From the NCBI GenBank assembly GCA_041500865.1, contig JBGQMY010000013.1:1-31826 (forward strand): DNA of 31,826 nt, read 5' to 3'. The stretch comes from Candidatus Micrarchaeia archaeon (GTDB lineage: Archaea; Micrarchaeota; Micrarchaeia; Anstonellales; J096). The translations under genes were made by a program, and so were the position numbers. Of the stretch, positions 8,567-16,940 are shown piece by piece (within the stretch, counting starts at the first letter, position 1; every line of letters begins with the position of its first letter). Under the pieces are notes generated by a model. The model had not been told where the DNA came from. It worked only from the letters and a program-made list of their open reading frames with translations, and did not search any database.

Positions 8567-9241
8567 ATGGCACAGCTGTTCGTCATAAGGCATGCAGAGA
8601 AGGCCGCGGCGGGCAGCGCGGTGCAGGGGATGCACGCGGGGCTAACCAAAAAAGGCAGGAAGGACGCGCTTTCCTTCGGCAGGCGCATGAAAAGCGTCCT
8701 GGAAGGCAAGGACATAACGGTGACGCATAGCAAGCTTGAAAGGTGCCGCGAGACTGCCGACCTTTTCAAGATTGGATACGGGCCATGCGCAAAGGTCGTT
8801 GATTCCGGCAGGCGCGGAGGCAGGATAGCGTACCTGGCCCCTGAGATGATAAGGGTGTCGGACAAGGGCGGGCTGCACAGCAACGTGGTCTCAAGGGCCT
8901 TTGTCAGCGGCAGCTTGGCCGGGTTCTTTTCACGCGTTTTCCTGATGTTTGAGAGCGACTATGCCGGCACAACCGCAAAATGGCTTGCCGACGGCTTCAA
9001 CGGAAGGTTCATTCCGCCGCATGTGATAGCCAGCGCGATAGATTCAATAGCCCGCATCGCAAAAAGCGAGACGGTTATGATGTTCGTATCCGACGTGCAG
9101 ATATCAGCAGTCGGCCTGGTTTACGGCATAAGCCAGTTCGTTGAAAAAAGGCCGGACTACCTTACAGGGCTCTGGGACCCAAATTTCCCGGGCCACAACT
9201 GGTCCCCTTTCTTGCTCGCTAGCCAGACCAGCCTGATTTAA
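8567..9241 (+). CDS. Histidine phosphatase superfamily protein (divergent)
   Basis: LFVIRHAEK, LTKKG..DA, SKLERCRETA; second catalytic His not evident. Confidence 0.65.
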   Translation: MAQLFVIRHAEKAAAGSAVQGMHAGLTKKGRKDALSFGRRMKSVLEGKDITVTHSKLERCRETADLFKIGYGPCAKVVDSGRRGGRIAYLAPEMIRVSDKGGLHSNVVSRAFVSGSLAGFFSRVFLMFESDYAGTTAKWLADGFNGRFIPPHVIASAIDSIARIAKSETVMMFVSDVQISAVGLVYGISQFVEKRPDYLTGLWDPNFPGHNWSPFLLASQTSLI

Positions 9242-9314
9242 AATATCTTTCTACAATAAGAAATACGGGCTATATTTTGGCGCATTCGGCCAGGATTCGC
9301 TTATGCGATAGATG

Positions 9315-9363
9315 ATATATTTATATATACCACATATATATGTTATATACTAGAGGTGTACAC
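9315..9363 (+). promoter_or_regulatory. AT-rich TA-operon promoter with palindromes
   Basis: ACATATATATGT (9332-9343) and GTGTACAC (9356-9363); GAGGTG RBS. Confidence 0.5.
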
Positions 9364-9365
9364 GT

Positions 9366-9602
9366 ATGGTCCAGGCGGTAATCAACATAGACGAGGAAAC
9401 AAACAGGCTGTTGAACATAGTCAAGGCGAAGTATGGGCTTAAGGACAAATCCGATGCGATAAACCTTGTGACTCAGGAATATGGCTCCCTCATACTGGAG
9501 CCTGCCCTAAGGCCGGAATACGAGAAAAGGCTGAAGAGGATAAAGAAGGGAAAATTCGTAAAGGTGAATGACTTTGCAAAAAGGTATGGGCTGGAAAAAT
9601 GA
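9366..9602 (+). CDS. Antitoxin (DUF2683-like)
   Basis: MVQAVINIDEETNRLLNIVKAKYGLKDKSDAIN..EPALRPEY; ATGA overlap with the toxin. Confidence 0.8.
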   Translation: MVQAVINIDEETNRLLNIVKAKYGLKDKSDAINLVTQEYGSLILEPALRPEYEKRLKRIKKGKFVKVNDFAKRYGLEK

Positions 9603-9865
9603 GCTATTCCCTTGAGCTATCCAAGCAGATAGACATGAAATTCAAGAAACTAAGCAAAAAACAGCCCAAGAAAATGGAGATAATAGAAAAGAAAACAAGG
9701 CAGATAATTGAGGACCCTTACCGCTTCAAGCCATTGAGGGGGCGCATGCACGGCATAAGGAGGGTCCATATAGACAAATCCTTTGTGCTTATCTACGAAA
9801 TAGACGAGCAAAGGAAGTCCGTAAGGTTGCTTGATTTTGAGCACCACGACAAAGTATACGTTTAA
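9599..9865 (+). CDS. RelE/StbE/YafQ-family toxin
   Basis: PYRFKPLRG...RRVHI..SFVLIYEI...LLDFEHHDKVY. Confidence 0.88.
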   Translation: MSYSLELSKQIDMKFKKLSKKQPKKMEIIEKKTRQIIEDPYRFKPLRGRMHGIRRVHIDKSFVLIYEIDEQRKSVRLLDFEHHDKVYV

Positions 9866-9889
9866 AACCTCTTTCCCTGATAATACAGA

Positions 9890-10145
9890 TGGGCTAGGTT
9901 GGGGCTAGGGGTCCCAGTCCGCAAATCCCCTTTAGGCGGGCCGAATGCCTGGGGAGTAATGCTTTTGCCAAGCATCCTTCCCGTCGGGGCGTCGAAGTCC
10001 TGTCTTCCAATAGCGAGGATGCGGCGAAACTGGTGAGGCCGGAAGGAGCAGCCATAAGCCGTATTTTCCTGTTTGGAAGAGCCACAGGATGGAGCTTCGC
10101 CGGAAAAGGCCCTGTTTGGCTGGGCATTGCAAGCCAGGAAGCCCA
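9890..10145 (+). ncRNA. ffs: Archaeal signal recognition particle RNA
   Basis: Helix 8 GGTGAGGCC-GGAA-GGAGCAGCC (10032-10053); TCTTCCAA..TGCGGC pairs with GCCGTA..TTGGAAGA; AATGCC/GGCATT; 5' GGGCTAGG Alu-like start; TATA at 9861-9867; 3' end uncertain by about 10 nt. Confidence 0.88.
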
Positions 10146-10288
10146 ATGGGCTTTTTCAAAAAAAGCCCAAGGCAAAAACCGACTACGTTTTTCTTCACCC
10201 CAAAAGAAACTATTTTAGGAAAAAGCACTTGGGGAAAGAAACTACTTTTGTCTTCAATCTCAAAGGAAGCATGGGCTCCGCGGAGCCA
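10146..10288. repeat. Multi-hairpin intergenic repeat element
   Basis: TGGGCTTTTT/AAAAAGCCCA, AAAAAC/GTTTTT, CCCCAA/TTGGGG, GGCTCC/GGAGCC; modules shared with 23629-23755 and 30560-30664. Confidence 0.7.
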
Positions 10289-10963
10289 TCATGCGACGCA
10301 TTCCCTGAAGCTCAGCATGAACAAATCGAAACTCTCTTCCCCTATCGCTTTTTTGAAATTCTCTATTGTTAGCTTTGACAGAAACGCAACTGTGTCTTTT
10401 TCATTATTTTCTTTGGCATATGCCAGCGCGGTCTTGCCATAGATGTCCGATTCGCCGATGTTTGCGCCTTTTCCAATCAATAAAGAGCATGTCTTGGTGT
10501 CTCCCTTCCATGCGGCCCTCATGAGCGCAGTCCTGCCTTTATTGTCTCTTATGTTTATTTCTGCGCCCTTTTCCAGTATTAGGGAGATTACGCGCCTGTC
10601 CCCATGCTGTATGGCCGCCATCATGGCAGTCTCGCCATGGATGTTCCGCGCATTGGCATCGGCGCCGCGCTTCAGCAGTGCCTTGGCTATCTTATAATGC
10701 CCGCCAAATGCGGCAAACATCAACGGAGTTTTGCCGTATTTGTTTTTTGCGCTTGGGTTTGCGCCAGCTTTCAGCAGGCGCATTATGTCTGTAGCAGGAA
10801 ACGTCTCATCCAGTATCCTTTCGCATACGTCACAAAGCCCCTTGTCCAGATATTCCTGCATTGACCTGTCTATCTCAATGTCGGGATTGGGCTTGCTGCG
10901 GCTGAAGAATGTGATTACCTTGTTTCGCATTTTCCTGATTGGCTCTTTATGCGCAAGCCGCAT
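10289..10963 (-). CDS. Ankyrin-repeat protein with C-terminal FxxxFxxC tag
   Basis: GKTPLMFAA, GETAMMAA, GRTALMRAA, GKTALAYA; ends FMLSFRECVA. Confidence 0.93.
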   Translation of the reverse strand: MRLAHKEPIRKMRNKVITFFSRSKPNPDIEIDRSMQEYLDKGLCDVCERILDETFPATDIMRLLKAGANPSAKNKYGKTPLMFAAFGGHYKIAKALLKRGADANARNIHGETAMMAAIQHGDRRVISLILEKGAEINIRDNKGRTALMRAAWKGDTKTCSLLIGKGANIGESDIYGKTALAYAKENNEKDTVAFLSKLTIENFKKAIGEESFDLFMLSFRECVA

Positions 10964-11021
10964 GGTAACGATTGTTAATAAAAGAGGTTAAAAATGCCAT
11001 TGGTTGACGAAGAAAGCGCCA

Positions 11022-11714
11022 TCAGGCGACGCATTCCCTGAAGCCGTGCATGAACAGGTTGAGACCTTTCTTCCCCATTATGCTTTCAAATATTCTTGTT
11101 TCCGCCCTTGACAGCAACGCCTCTGTTTTAGGTTGCTTGTTCCTGATGGCAAGCATCCTTGCGGTCCTTCTGTAACTGTCAAATGCATTGGGGCTGGCGC
11201 CATTGTCCAGCAGCAGCTTGCATATTTTGGTGCGGCCGCGTTCCGCAGCAAGCATGAGCGCGGTCTTGTTGCATTCAGCCAGCATGTTCACGTCGGCCCC
11301 TTTTGCAACCAGGGCCTTGACTGTGCGCGGATGGCCTCGCTGCGCCGCAAGCATGAGCGCAGTCATTTTGTGGTTGTCCTGCGCATCAATCTCCGCGCCC
11401 AGCGCAAGCATGGCATTTACGATTTTGCGGTCTCCTCCCCATGCGGCGATAATCAGCGGGGTCATGCCGTCGCTGTCCTTTGCATTTGGGTTTGCGCCGG
11501 CGTTCAGCAGGCGCATTATTTTTTTAGTGTCGCTCATATTTGATTTGGTATCATTATACTTCACGATATTGTAGCATTCATCTACAAGCGCCTTGTCTAG
11601 GTCTTTCTGCTTTGGCTTTCTGATTATAATATCCAGGTCTGGCTTGCTGCGGCTGAAGAATGTGGCTATTTTGTTGCGCATTTTCCTGAATTGCCCCTTT
11701 TGCATAAGCTGCAT
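11022..11714 (-). CDS. Ankyrin-repeat protein, tandem paralog of 10289-10963
   Basis: GMTPLIIAA, TALMLAA twice; shared RKMRNK..TFFSRSKP leader; ends FMHGFRECVA; ATG 11714 fits TATA. Confidence 0.93.
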   Translation of the reverse strand: MQLMQKGQFRKMRNKIATFFSRSKPDLDIIIRKPKQKDLDKALVDECYNIVKYNDTKSNMSDTKKIMRLLNAGANPNAKDSDGMTPLIIAAWGGDRKIVNAMLALGAEIDAQDNHKMTALMLAAQRGHPRTVKALVAKGADVNMLAECNKTALMLAAERGRTKICKLLLDNGASPNAFDSYRRTARMLAIRNKQPKTEALLSRAETRIFESIMGKKGLNLFMHGFRECVA

Positions 11715-11805
11715 GGCCTGATTGTGCATAAAAGAGGTTAAAAATGCTGTTGGTTGGGCATGCTGCGCCATCATTGTTTTAATACTTGCTTCAGATTACC
11801 TTTTC

Positions 11806-12408
11806 ATGGATGCCTTTGAGGTCCTTGAGAGGAACGGGATAACGGTCGCGCCCTATGAGGTTGTCAAGACCAAGGCCCAGCTTTTCAGGGCCGCGGAAAA
11901 GATAGGATACCCGCTTGTCCTGAAGGCATGGGACACGAAGATAATCCACAAGACGGACGTCGGCGGCGTAATACTTGACAATTGGACAAAGGAGATGCTT
12001 GAGACGGGCTTTGACCACCTGAAGTCAAAGTTCGGCGGCATCAGCATACTCGTGCAGAAGCAGATGAAGAAGGGCATTGAGCTTTACGTTGGCGCGATAG
12101 ACGACGCGGTGTTCGGGCCCATGGTCCTTTTCGGCATAGGCGGCATATACGTTGAGGTTTTCAAGGACATCACCGCAAGGATATGCCCGATAACGGAAAA
12201 GGACGTATACGACATGATTGACGAGGTAAAGACAAAAAAGATAATACTCGGCTACAGGGGCAAGCCCGTCAACATAAAGGCGCTTGCATCGCTGATGGTC
12301 AAGGTAAGCACGATGATGGGAAAGGAAAAGATAAAGGAGCTTGACCTTAACCCGATAAAGGTTGACGAGAAGGACTGCTTCGTCATTGACGCTAGGATTG
12401 TGCGCTAG
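11806..12408 (+). CDS. ATP-grasp subunit of ADP-forming acyl-CoA synthetase (beta-like)
   Basis: IGYPLVLK, HKTDVGGV, FGPMVLFGIGGIYVEVFKD, ELDLNP, DARI. Confidence 0.9.
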   Translation: MDAFEVLERNGITVAPYEVVKTKAQLFRAAEKIGYPLVLKAWDTKIIHKTDVGGVILDNWTKEMLETGFDHLKSKFGGISILVQKQMKKGIELYVGAIDDAVFGPMVLFGIGGIYVEVFKDITARICPITEKDVYDMIDEVKTKKIILGYRGKPVNIKALASLMVKVSTMMGKEKIKELDLNPIKVDEKDCFVIDARIVR

Positions 12409-13490
12409 GTCCTTTTGGCTTCCGCCTTCATTACCCTTTCCATTGCGATTTCCATCGCGTATTTCCTCAGGAAGCAGTCGCCATTCGCCCTATTGACTAC
12501 TTCATGTACGTTGCTTGAAATCTTTTCCTTCACCAATTGGAACATCTTCTGCTCGTCGTAGTGCATGAGCTCCGCGTACGAGCTTATCACGCCGCCTGCG
12601 TTCACCAGTATGTCAGGGAAAACCATCTTGCCTATCGAGCAGAGCTTTTTCTCTATTTCCGGAGACATGGGAATGTTTGCAGCCTCGAAAACGTATTTCG
12701 CCTTTATTTTTGAGTAGTTTGTTTCGTTTATGCTGTTCGGCCTTGCGCCCGGAATTACGATGTCCGCGTCAGCCTCAAAAAGCCACTCGTGCGGCCCTGT
12801 CATGTCTGCCTTGTATGCCGTCACTGAGCCCTGCTCAGTCTTGGTTTTAATCAGCTCCTTGACGTCCAGCCCGCCTTTTGAGTAGATGAATCCCCTTGAA
12901 TCCGAAACCGCTACTATCTTCGCGCCCATCTCTGAAAGGAATTTGGCCGCAAACGTCCCTACATTGCCGAAGCCCTCTATCGCGATGCGCTTGCCTTCCA
13001 CGCCTTCGCCGAGCGCCTTCATGCCTTCCTTGATGGAAACTGCAATGCCGTATCCGGTTGAGCCAAGCTCGTGCGGCAATCCGCCCATCTGCGCCGGCTT
13101 TCCTGTAGCCGAATCAGGCCCTCCGACCTCGGCGATTATGCCCATCTCGCGCTCGCCGGTGTACATGTCCGGCCCTGCGACGTAAAGCGAGTTCAGTATG
13201 GGCTTTATCTTTTTCGCGAAAGCCCTAATCAGGTTTTCCTCGCTTGCCTTGCCTGTCTTCCTTATGCCGGCCTTTGCGCCCCCGAACGGAAGGTCGGCAA
13301 GCGCGTTCTTCCATGTCATGGCCCTTGCCAGCCCGAAGACCTCCTCCTTTGTTATGTCGGAAACGAACCTTATGCCGCCCTTGCCCACGCCGCGCGCAGT
13401 GTTGTCTATGACAAGGTAAGCCTCAAGGCCGGCACGGTAATCCCTAACCTCTATCTCATATTCAGGCCCGAACTCGTCAGCAAGTATCAT
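12405..13490 (-). CDS. gdhA: Glu/Leu/Phe/Val dehydrogenase (glutamate dehydrogenase-like)
   Basis: GKGGIRF, LARAMTWK, GGAKAGI, GPDMYT, GFGNVG, PDILVNAGGVISSY. Confidence 0.92.
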   Translation of the reverse strand: MILADEFGPEYEIEVRDYRAGLEAYLVIDNTARGVGKGGIRFVSDITKEEVFGLARAMTWKNALADLPFGGAKAGIRKTGKASEENLIRAFAKKIKPILNSLYVAGPDMYTGEREMGIIAEVGGPDSATGKPAQMGGLPHELGSTGYGIAVSIKEGMKALGEGVEGKRIAIEGFGNVGTFAAKFLSEMGAKIVAVSDSRGFIYSKGGLDVKELIKTKTEQGSVTAYKADMTGPHEWLFEADADIVIPGARPNSINETNYSKIKAKYVFEAANIPMSPEIEKKLCSIGKMVFPDILVNAGGVISSYAELMHYDEQKMFQLVKEKISSNVHEVVNRANGDCFLRKYAMEIAMERVMKAEAKRT

Positions 13491-13535
13491 TGAAATCCCC
13501 TTTTCATCAGTTGTTGACAGGATGGGTTAAAAACG

Positions 13536-14102
13536 TTATTGGCTTATGCAGTCCCGGAAGCTGAAATAGAAAGAGTTTGACGCTTTTTTGCTGGCAAAAA
13601 GCCCTGGCGGGATGTTTGTTGCGAATTTGAGGAATGCGATTGTATCTTTTTTATGGGATGACTTGGAAAAATCAAATGCGGTTTGTTGCATGTCGGTTTT
13701 TGCATATATGCTGGCGCCTTTCTCGATTAGGATGGCGCAGGTTTCGGTGTGTCCGCGTCCTGCGGCATACATGAGCGCAGTCCTGCCGTAGTAATCCTTT
13801 GCATCTATGTTTGCTCCATTGTCAATCAGCAGGGCGCAGGTTTCTATGTGCCCTAGCCATGCGGCATTCGTGAGCGCGGCCTGGCCGTATCTCAGAGCCT
13901 TTGGGTTCACGTCTGCCTCGGCCTTCAGCAGCCTTTTGATTTTTGCATTGTCGCCTTTGTCGGCTGCGCCCAAAAGCATTTTGTTAAGACACTCCCGCTC
14001 TGCCCAGCTGGGTTTCCTTTTCTCTGTTTCGGGCTTGCGGCCGGATATTTTTGGCTGTTCGGCCGCTTTCTTCTCCCTAGACAGCCTCTTTTCCTTGGCC
14101 AT
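13536..14102 (-). CDS. Ankyrin-repeat protein with C-terminal FxxxFxxC tag
   Basis: GQAALTNAAWLGH, GRTALMYAAGRGH; ends FYFSFRDCISQ; ATG 14102 fits TATA. Confidence 0.92.
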   Translation of the reverse strand: MAKEKRLSREKKAAEQPKISGRKPETEKRKPSWAERECLNKMLLGAADKGDNAKIKRLLKAEADVNPKALRYGQAALTNAAWLGHIETCALLIDNGANIDAKDYYGRTALMYAAGRGHTETCAILIEKGASIYAKTDMQQTAFDFSKSSHKKDTIAFLKFATNIPPGLFASKKASNSFYFSFRDCISQ

Positions 14103-14226
14103 GACTTTGTTATGCACGAAAGAGGTTTTAAATGTGTCCAATCGTGGAAAAGCGTATGAAACAAAAAACGAATAGCGGAATTGTCGCCTTATCCTTTTTA
14201 AACATTTCTAATGCACCGCTTAATCA

Positions 14227-15393
14227 GTGAAAGTAATGGCCAGCCCCACCCCAAGAGCAGGACTGCTAGACGCAGAGATACTGGAACAGGAAAGGACAGC
14301 GGAACGGATCCTCAAAAGGCCCCAATTGCCCGGCCACACGCTGATAGAGGAAAGGCAGGAGCCGTATGGGATAACGAAGATAACGGGCAACAGCAATTAC
14401 AGCATACTCACGTCGCTGCTCTCAAGGAGGATTCCAACGGCGGACATAGCGAAAAAGGACATTGACATCGCGGCTACGCTGCAAAGGGCGTCCCCGCAGA
14501 ACGTTGAGTGCATACTGAAAAGGAGGATACTCCCGGTTGAGCTGAGGGGTTATGAATGGGACAGCACGCACTCAAAAAGGCTGAGGAGAAGCCTGAACAG
14601 CAACGTCCGGCCGTACATGGACGTGCTTTCCGTATGCACGGAGCCGATGTCGCTGGACATGCTGAGGATAAAGGCAAGCGAGACGATGGAGTTCAAGGAG
14701 AAGAGCGACCACTTCAAGGACATCTACATGTACGTTGAAAAAAAGCCGAAAAAGAGGAAGGGCGAAAGCGCCGGAATATCCTCCGCGTTCATGCGGATGT
14801 ACAGGGAAGGGAAGAAATACAGCGTCGGCGTGATGGTGAAGGCCGTTTCCGAGAACAGGAGGATGGAAGGCGACGCCGCGGACAAGATAACAGATGAGCT
14901 GATAAGCCAGCTGACATCCAGGATAGGCGCAGAGGGCGGCGAGATAACGGGCGCGCTGCGCAGCTTCATGAGGGAATACAACGTCAAGGCAAGGGAGACG
15001 CTCAATGCCACGGTCGGCTTCGGGGTCGTGGTCGGGGACAGCTCGGGCATGCACGTCATTGCCACAAAGGACATGTCGTTTTACAAGATAGAGGGCGGAA
15101 GGATAGCAAGCGTGTTCAGGCCGAGCGCCAAGAACATAGGGGAGGACGTCCAAATCGTGAAGGGCAAGGGGAGGATGATGTACCTTGACATGGGGGCAGG
15201 CGCCGGCCCTGACGAGAACCACATAATGGAGGACACTCTCATAGCGCTCAATTCGTCAATACCGCTTTCCGACATGGAGCTGAAAAGGAGGTTCAGGGCG
15301 TCAGACCTTGAATCCGTGGGAAAGGCAATAGTCCGCGAGATAAAGTCAACAAGGATGTTCGACGACCTCGGCATGATGGTGTTCTCAAAGTGA
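14227..15393 (+). CDS. Hypothetical protein, C-terminal half resembles a degenerate PP2C/SpoIIE phosphatase fold
   Basis: Long ORF coupled to trm56 by a GTGA overlap; terminal DDLGMMVF resembles the PP2C DDxTxxxx motif; start may be 14236. Confidence 0.6.
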   Translation: MKVMASPTPRAGLLDAEILEQERTAERILKRPQLPGHTLIEERQEPYGITKITGNSNYSILTSLLSRRIPTADIAKKDIDIAATLQRASPQNVECILKRRILPVELRGYEWDSTHSKRLRRSLNSNVRPYMDVLSVCTEPMSLDMLRIKASETMEFKEKSDHFKDIYMYVEKKPKKRKGESAGISSAFMRMYREGKKYSVGVMVKAVSENRRMEGDAADKITDELISQLTSRIGAEGGEITGALRSFMREYNVKARETLNATVGFGVVVGDSSGMHVIATKDMSFYKIEGGRIASVFRPSAKNIGEDVQIVKGKGRMMYLDMGAGAGPDENHIMEDTLIALNSSIPLSDMELKRRFRASDLESVGKAIVREIKSTRMFDDLGMMVFSK

Positions 15394-15917
15394 TAGTCGT
15401 TTTGAGATTGTTCCACAGGCTGCCGAGGGACGAAAGGGCGACTACGCACGTCGCATTGGCTGCAAGGGCGTTCGGCGCAAACGGAATGGTATATTGCGGC
15501 ATGCGCGACCCTGGGATGGAGAAAAGCGTCAGCAAGATATGCGGCAAATGGGGCGGGGACTTTTTCGTTGGATACACCGAAAGCTGGAAAAGGACGATGA
15601 CGGAATACAAAAATAAGGGCTTTTCCATTTTCCACCTCACGATGTACGGTCAAGGAATCCCAAGGGAGGCTTCAGCTGAAAAAAACATCCTTGTTGTCGT
15701 GGGAAGCGAGCAGGTGCCAGGCGAGGTCTACCAGCTTGCGGACTTCAACGTAGCGATAACGAACCAGCCCCATTCCGAGATAGCCGCGCTTGCGGTTTTC
15801 CTTGACAGGATGATGGGCGGAAAAGAATTAAGCGCGGAATTCGACAGGACGCAATTCTCAAAAGGGAAGATAAGGATTGTGCCGAACGGAAGGGGAAAGA
15901 GCGTCGTTGAGCGGTAA
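15390..15917 (+). CDS. trm56: tRNA (cytidine(56)-2'-O)-methyltransferase aTrm56
   Basis: LRLFHR..RDERATTHVALAARAFGA, WGGDF, HLTMYG, NQPHSEIAALAVFLD. Confidence 0.95.
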   Translation: MIVVLRLFHRLPRDERATTHVALAARAFGANGMVYCGMRDPGMEKSVSKICGKWGGDFFVGYTESWKRTMTEYKNKGFSIFHLTMYGQGIPREASAEKNILVVVGSEQVPGEVYQLADFNVAITNQPHSEIAALAVFLDRMMGGKELSAEFDRTQFSKGKIRIVPNGRGKSVVER

Positions 15918-16910
15918 TTATAAGACACAGTCCGCGAACTCCCTGAAAAAGGTCTCGTGAATTTCTCCGAGCAGTTTTTCGCATGATTTTGCGGCATCGC
16001 GCAGGCCGATGTCATATAGGTTGTTGGGTATTACGTCGCCAGCCTGTATCCCAAACTGGCACAGCAGGAGAATCATCAGCCTGTCATTTATTTTACCTTT
16101 CGTGATGTGGTCCTTTATGAGGCCTGTCCAGCGCACTACTTCCTCGCCAGAGCGCGTCGCCCTTGCCACTTTCGCAATGCCAAGACGGACGTATGGCGGT
16201 ATGCCTGGAACAGGGAAAAGGAAAAACTCGGCTCCCAGGCTTATGCATCCCCACATTGCCGGCTTTGAGCGTGTGTAAGAGGCAATCTCCAGAAGGAAGG
16301 GGCTGTCTTCAACCATTGCCATCACTTCCTCGTCGCGCAGGAATGCAGCCGTGCGCATGACAACGTCTTTCGGCTTTTCAGCGAAATTGTAAGGAAGAAT
16401 TACACTGAAAAGCATGCCAGCGACGTTTGCTGCGCCATCGCCCTCGTATAAAGAGGCTGTTTCGGCGCATGAGATTGTGGCGTCAACGGACTTTGTGTAG
16501 TGCGCAATATGGGATATGGATTTCAGCGTTTCCTCAATATGTATTTTGGGCATATGTGTTTTTGCGGCTTGCATTGCCGCCTTTGCAGCGGCAACTGTGG
16601 CAGCGCCTGAACCTTTTGCTTCCCTGTGAACGTCAAGAAGGGCGCGGATTATGGGGGCATCCATGAGGTTATTGGACATTACCTGCTCTCTAAGAGTCAG
16701 CGGGCAGATTGCTTTCTTTGCCAGCAATACGATGTCCTGCATTTCAATTTGCCTGCCGTCGCTGTATTTTGCCCCATAATCCTGGATTACTGAAAACGGG
16801 TCATCCTGCGCAGGCATTGGCGCATTCTTGGGAGCCCTAAATTTCGGCATCAGCGCTAAAGCTACTCTTTTGAAGATGTTTTTCTTGGCTGCAGGCTTTT
16901 CCTTCTGCAT
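15918..16910 (-). CDS. Hypothetical helical-repeat protein with basic leader and C-terminal FxxxFxxC tag
   Basis: Recurrent IAxxTxS motif (IAHYTKS, IASYTRS, VARATRS); ends FFREFADCVL. Confidence 0.7.
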   Translation of the reverse strand: MQKEKPAAKKNIFKRVALALMPKFRAPKNAPMPAQDDPFSVIQDYGAKYSDGRQIEMQDIVLLAKKAICPLTLREQVMSNNLMDAPIIRALLDVHREAKGSGAATVAAAKAAMQAAKTHMPKIHIEETLKSISHIAHYTKSVDATISCAETASLYEGDGAANVAGMLFSVILPYNFAEKPKDVVMRTAAFLRDEEVMAMVEDSPFLLEIASYTRSKPAMWGCISLGAEFFLFPVPGIPPYVRLGIAKVARATRSGEEVVRWTGLIKDHITKGKINDRLMILLLCQFGIQAGDVIPNNLYDIGLRDAAKSCEKLLGEIHETFFREFADCVL

Positions 16911-16940
16911 AGTGGTATCTTATGGGGAAAAGCTATTAAA

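Noticed and set aside
9890..10145. RNase P RNA, or the small ORFs at 9862-10442
   Set aside because: No RNase P P4 signature was seen. The GGAA/AGCA helix 8 identifies SRP RNA, and the overlapping ORFs are spurious.
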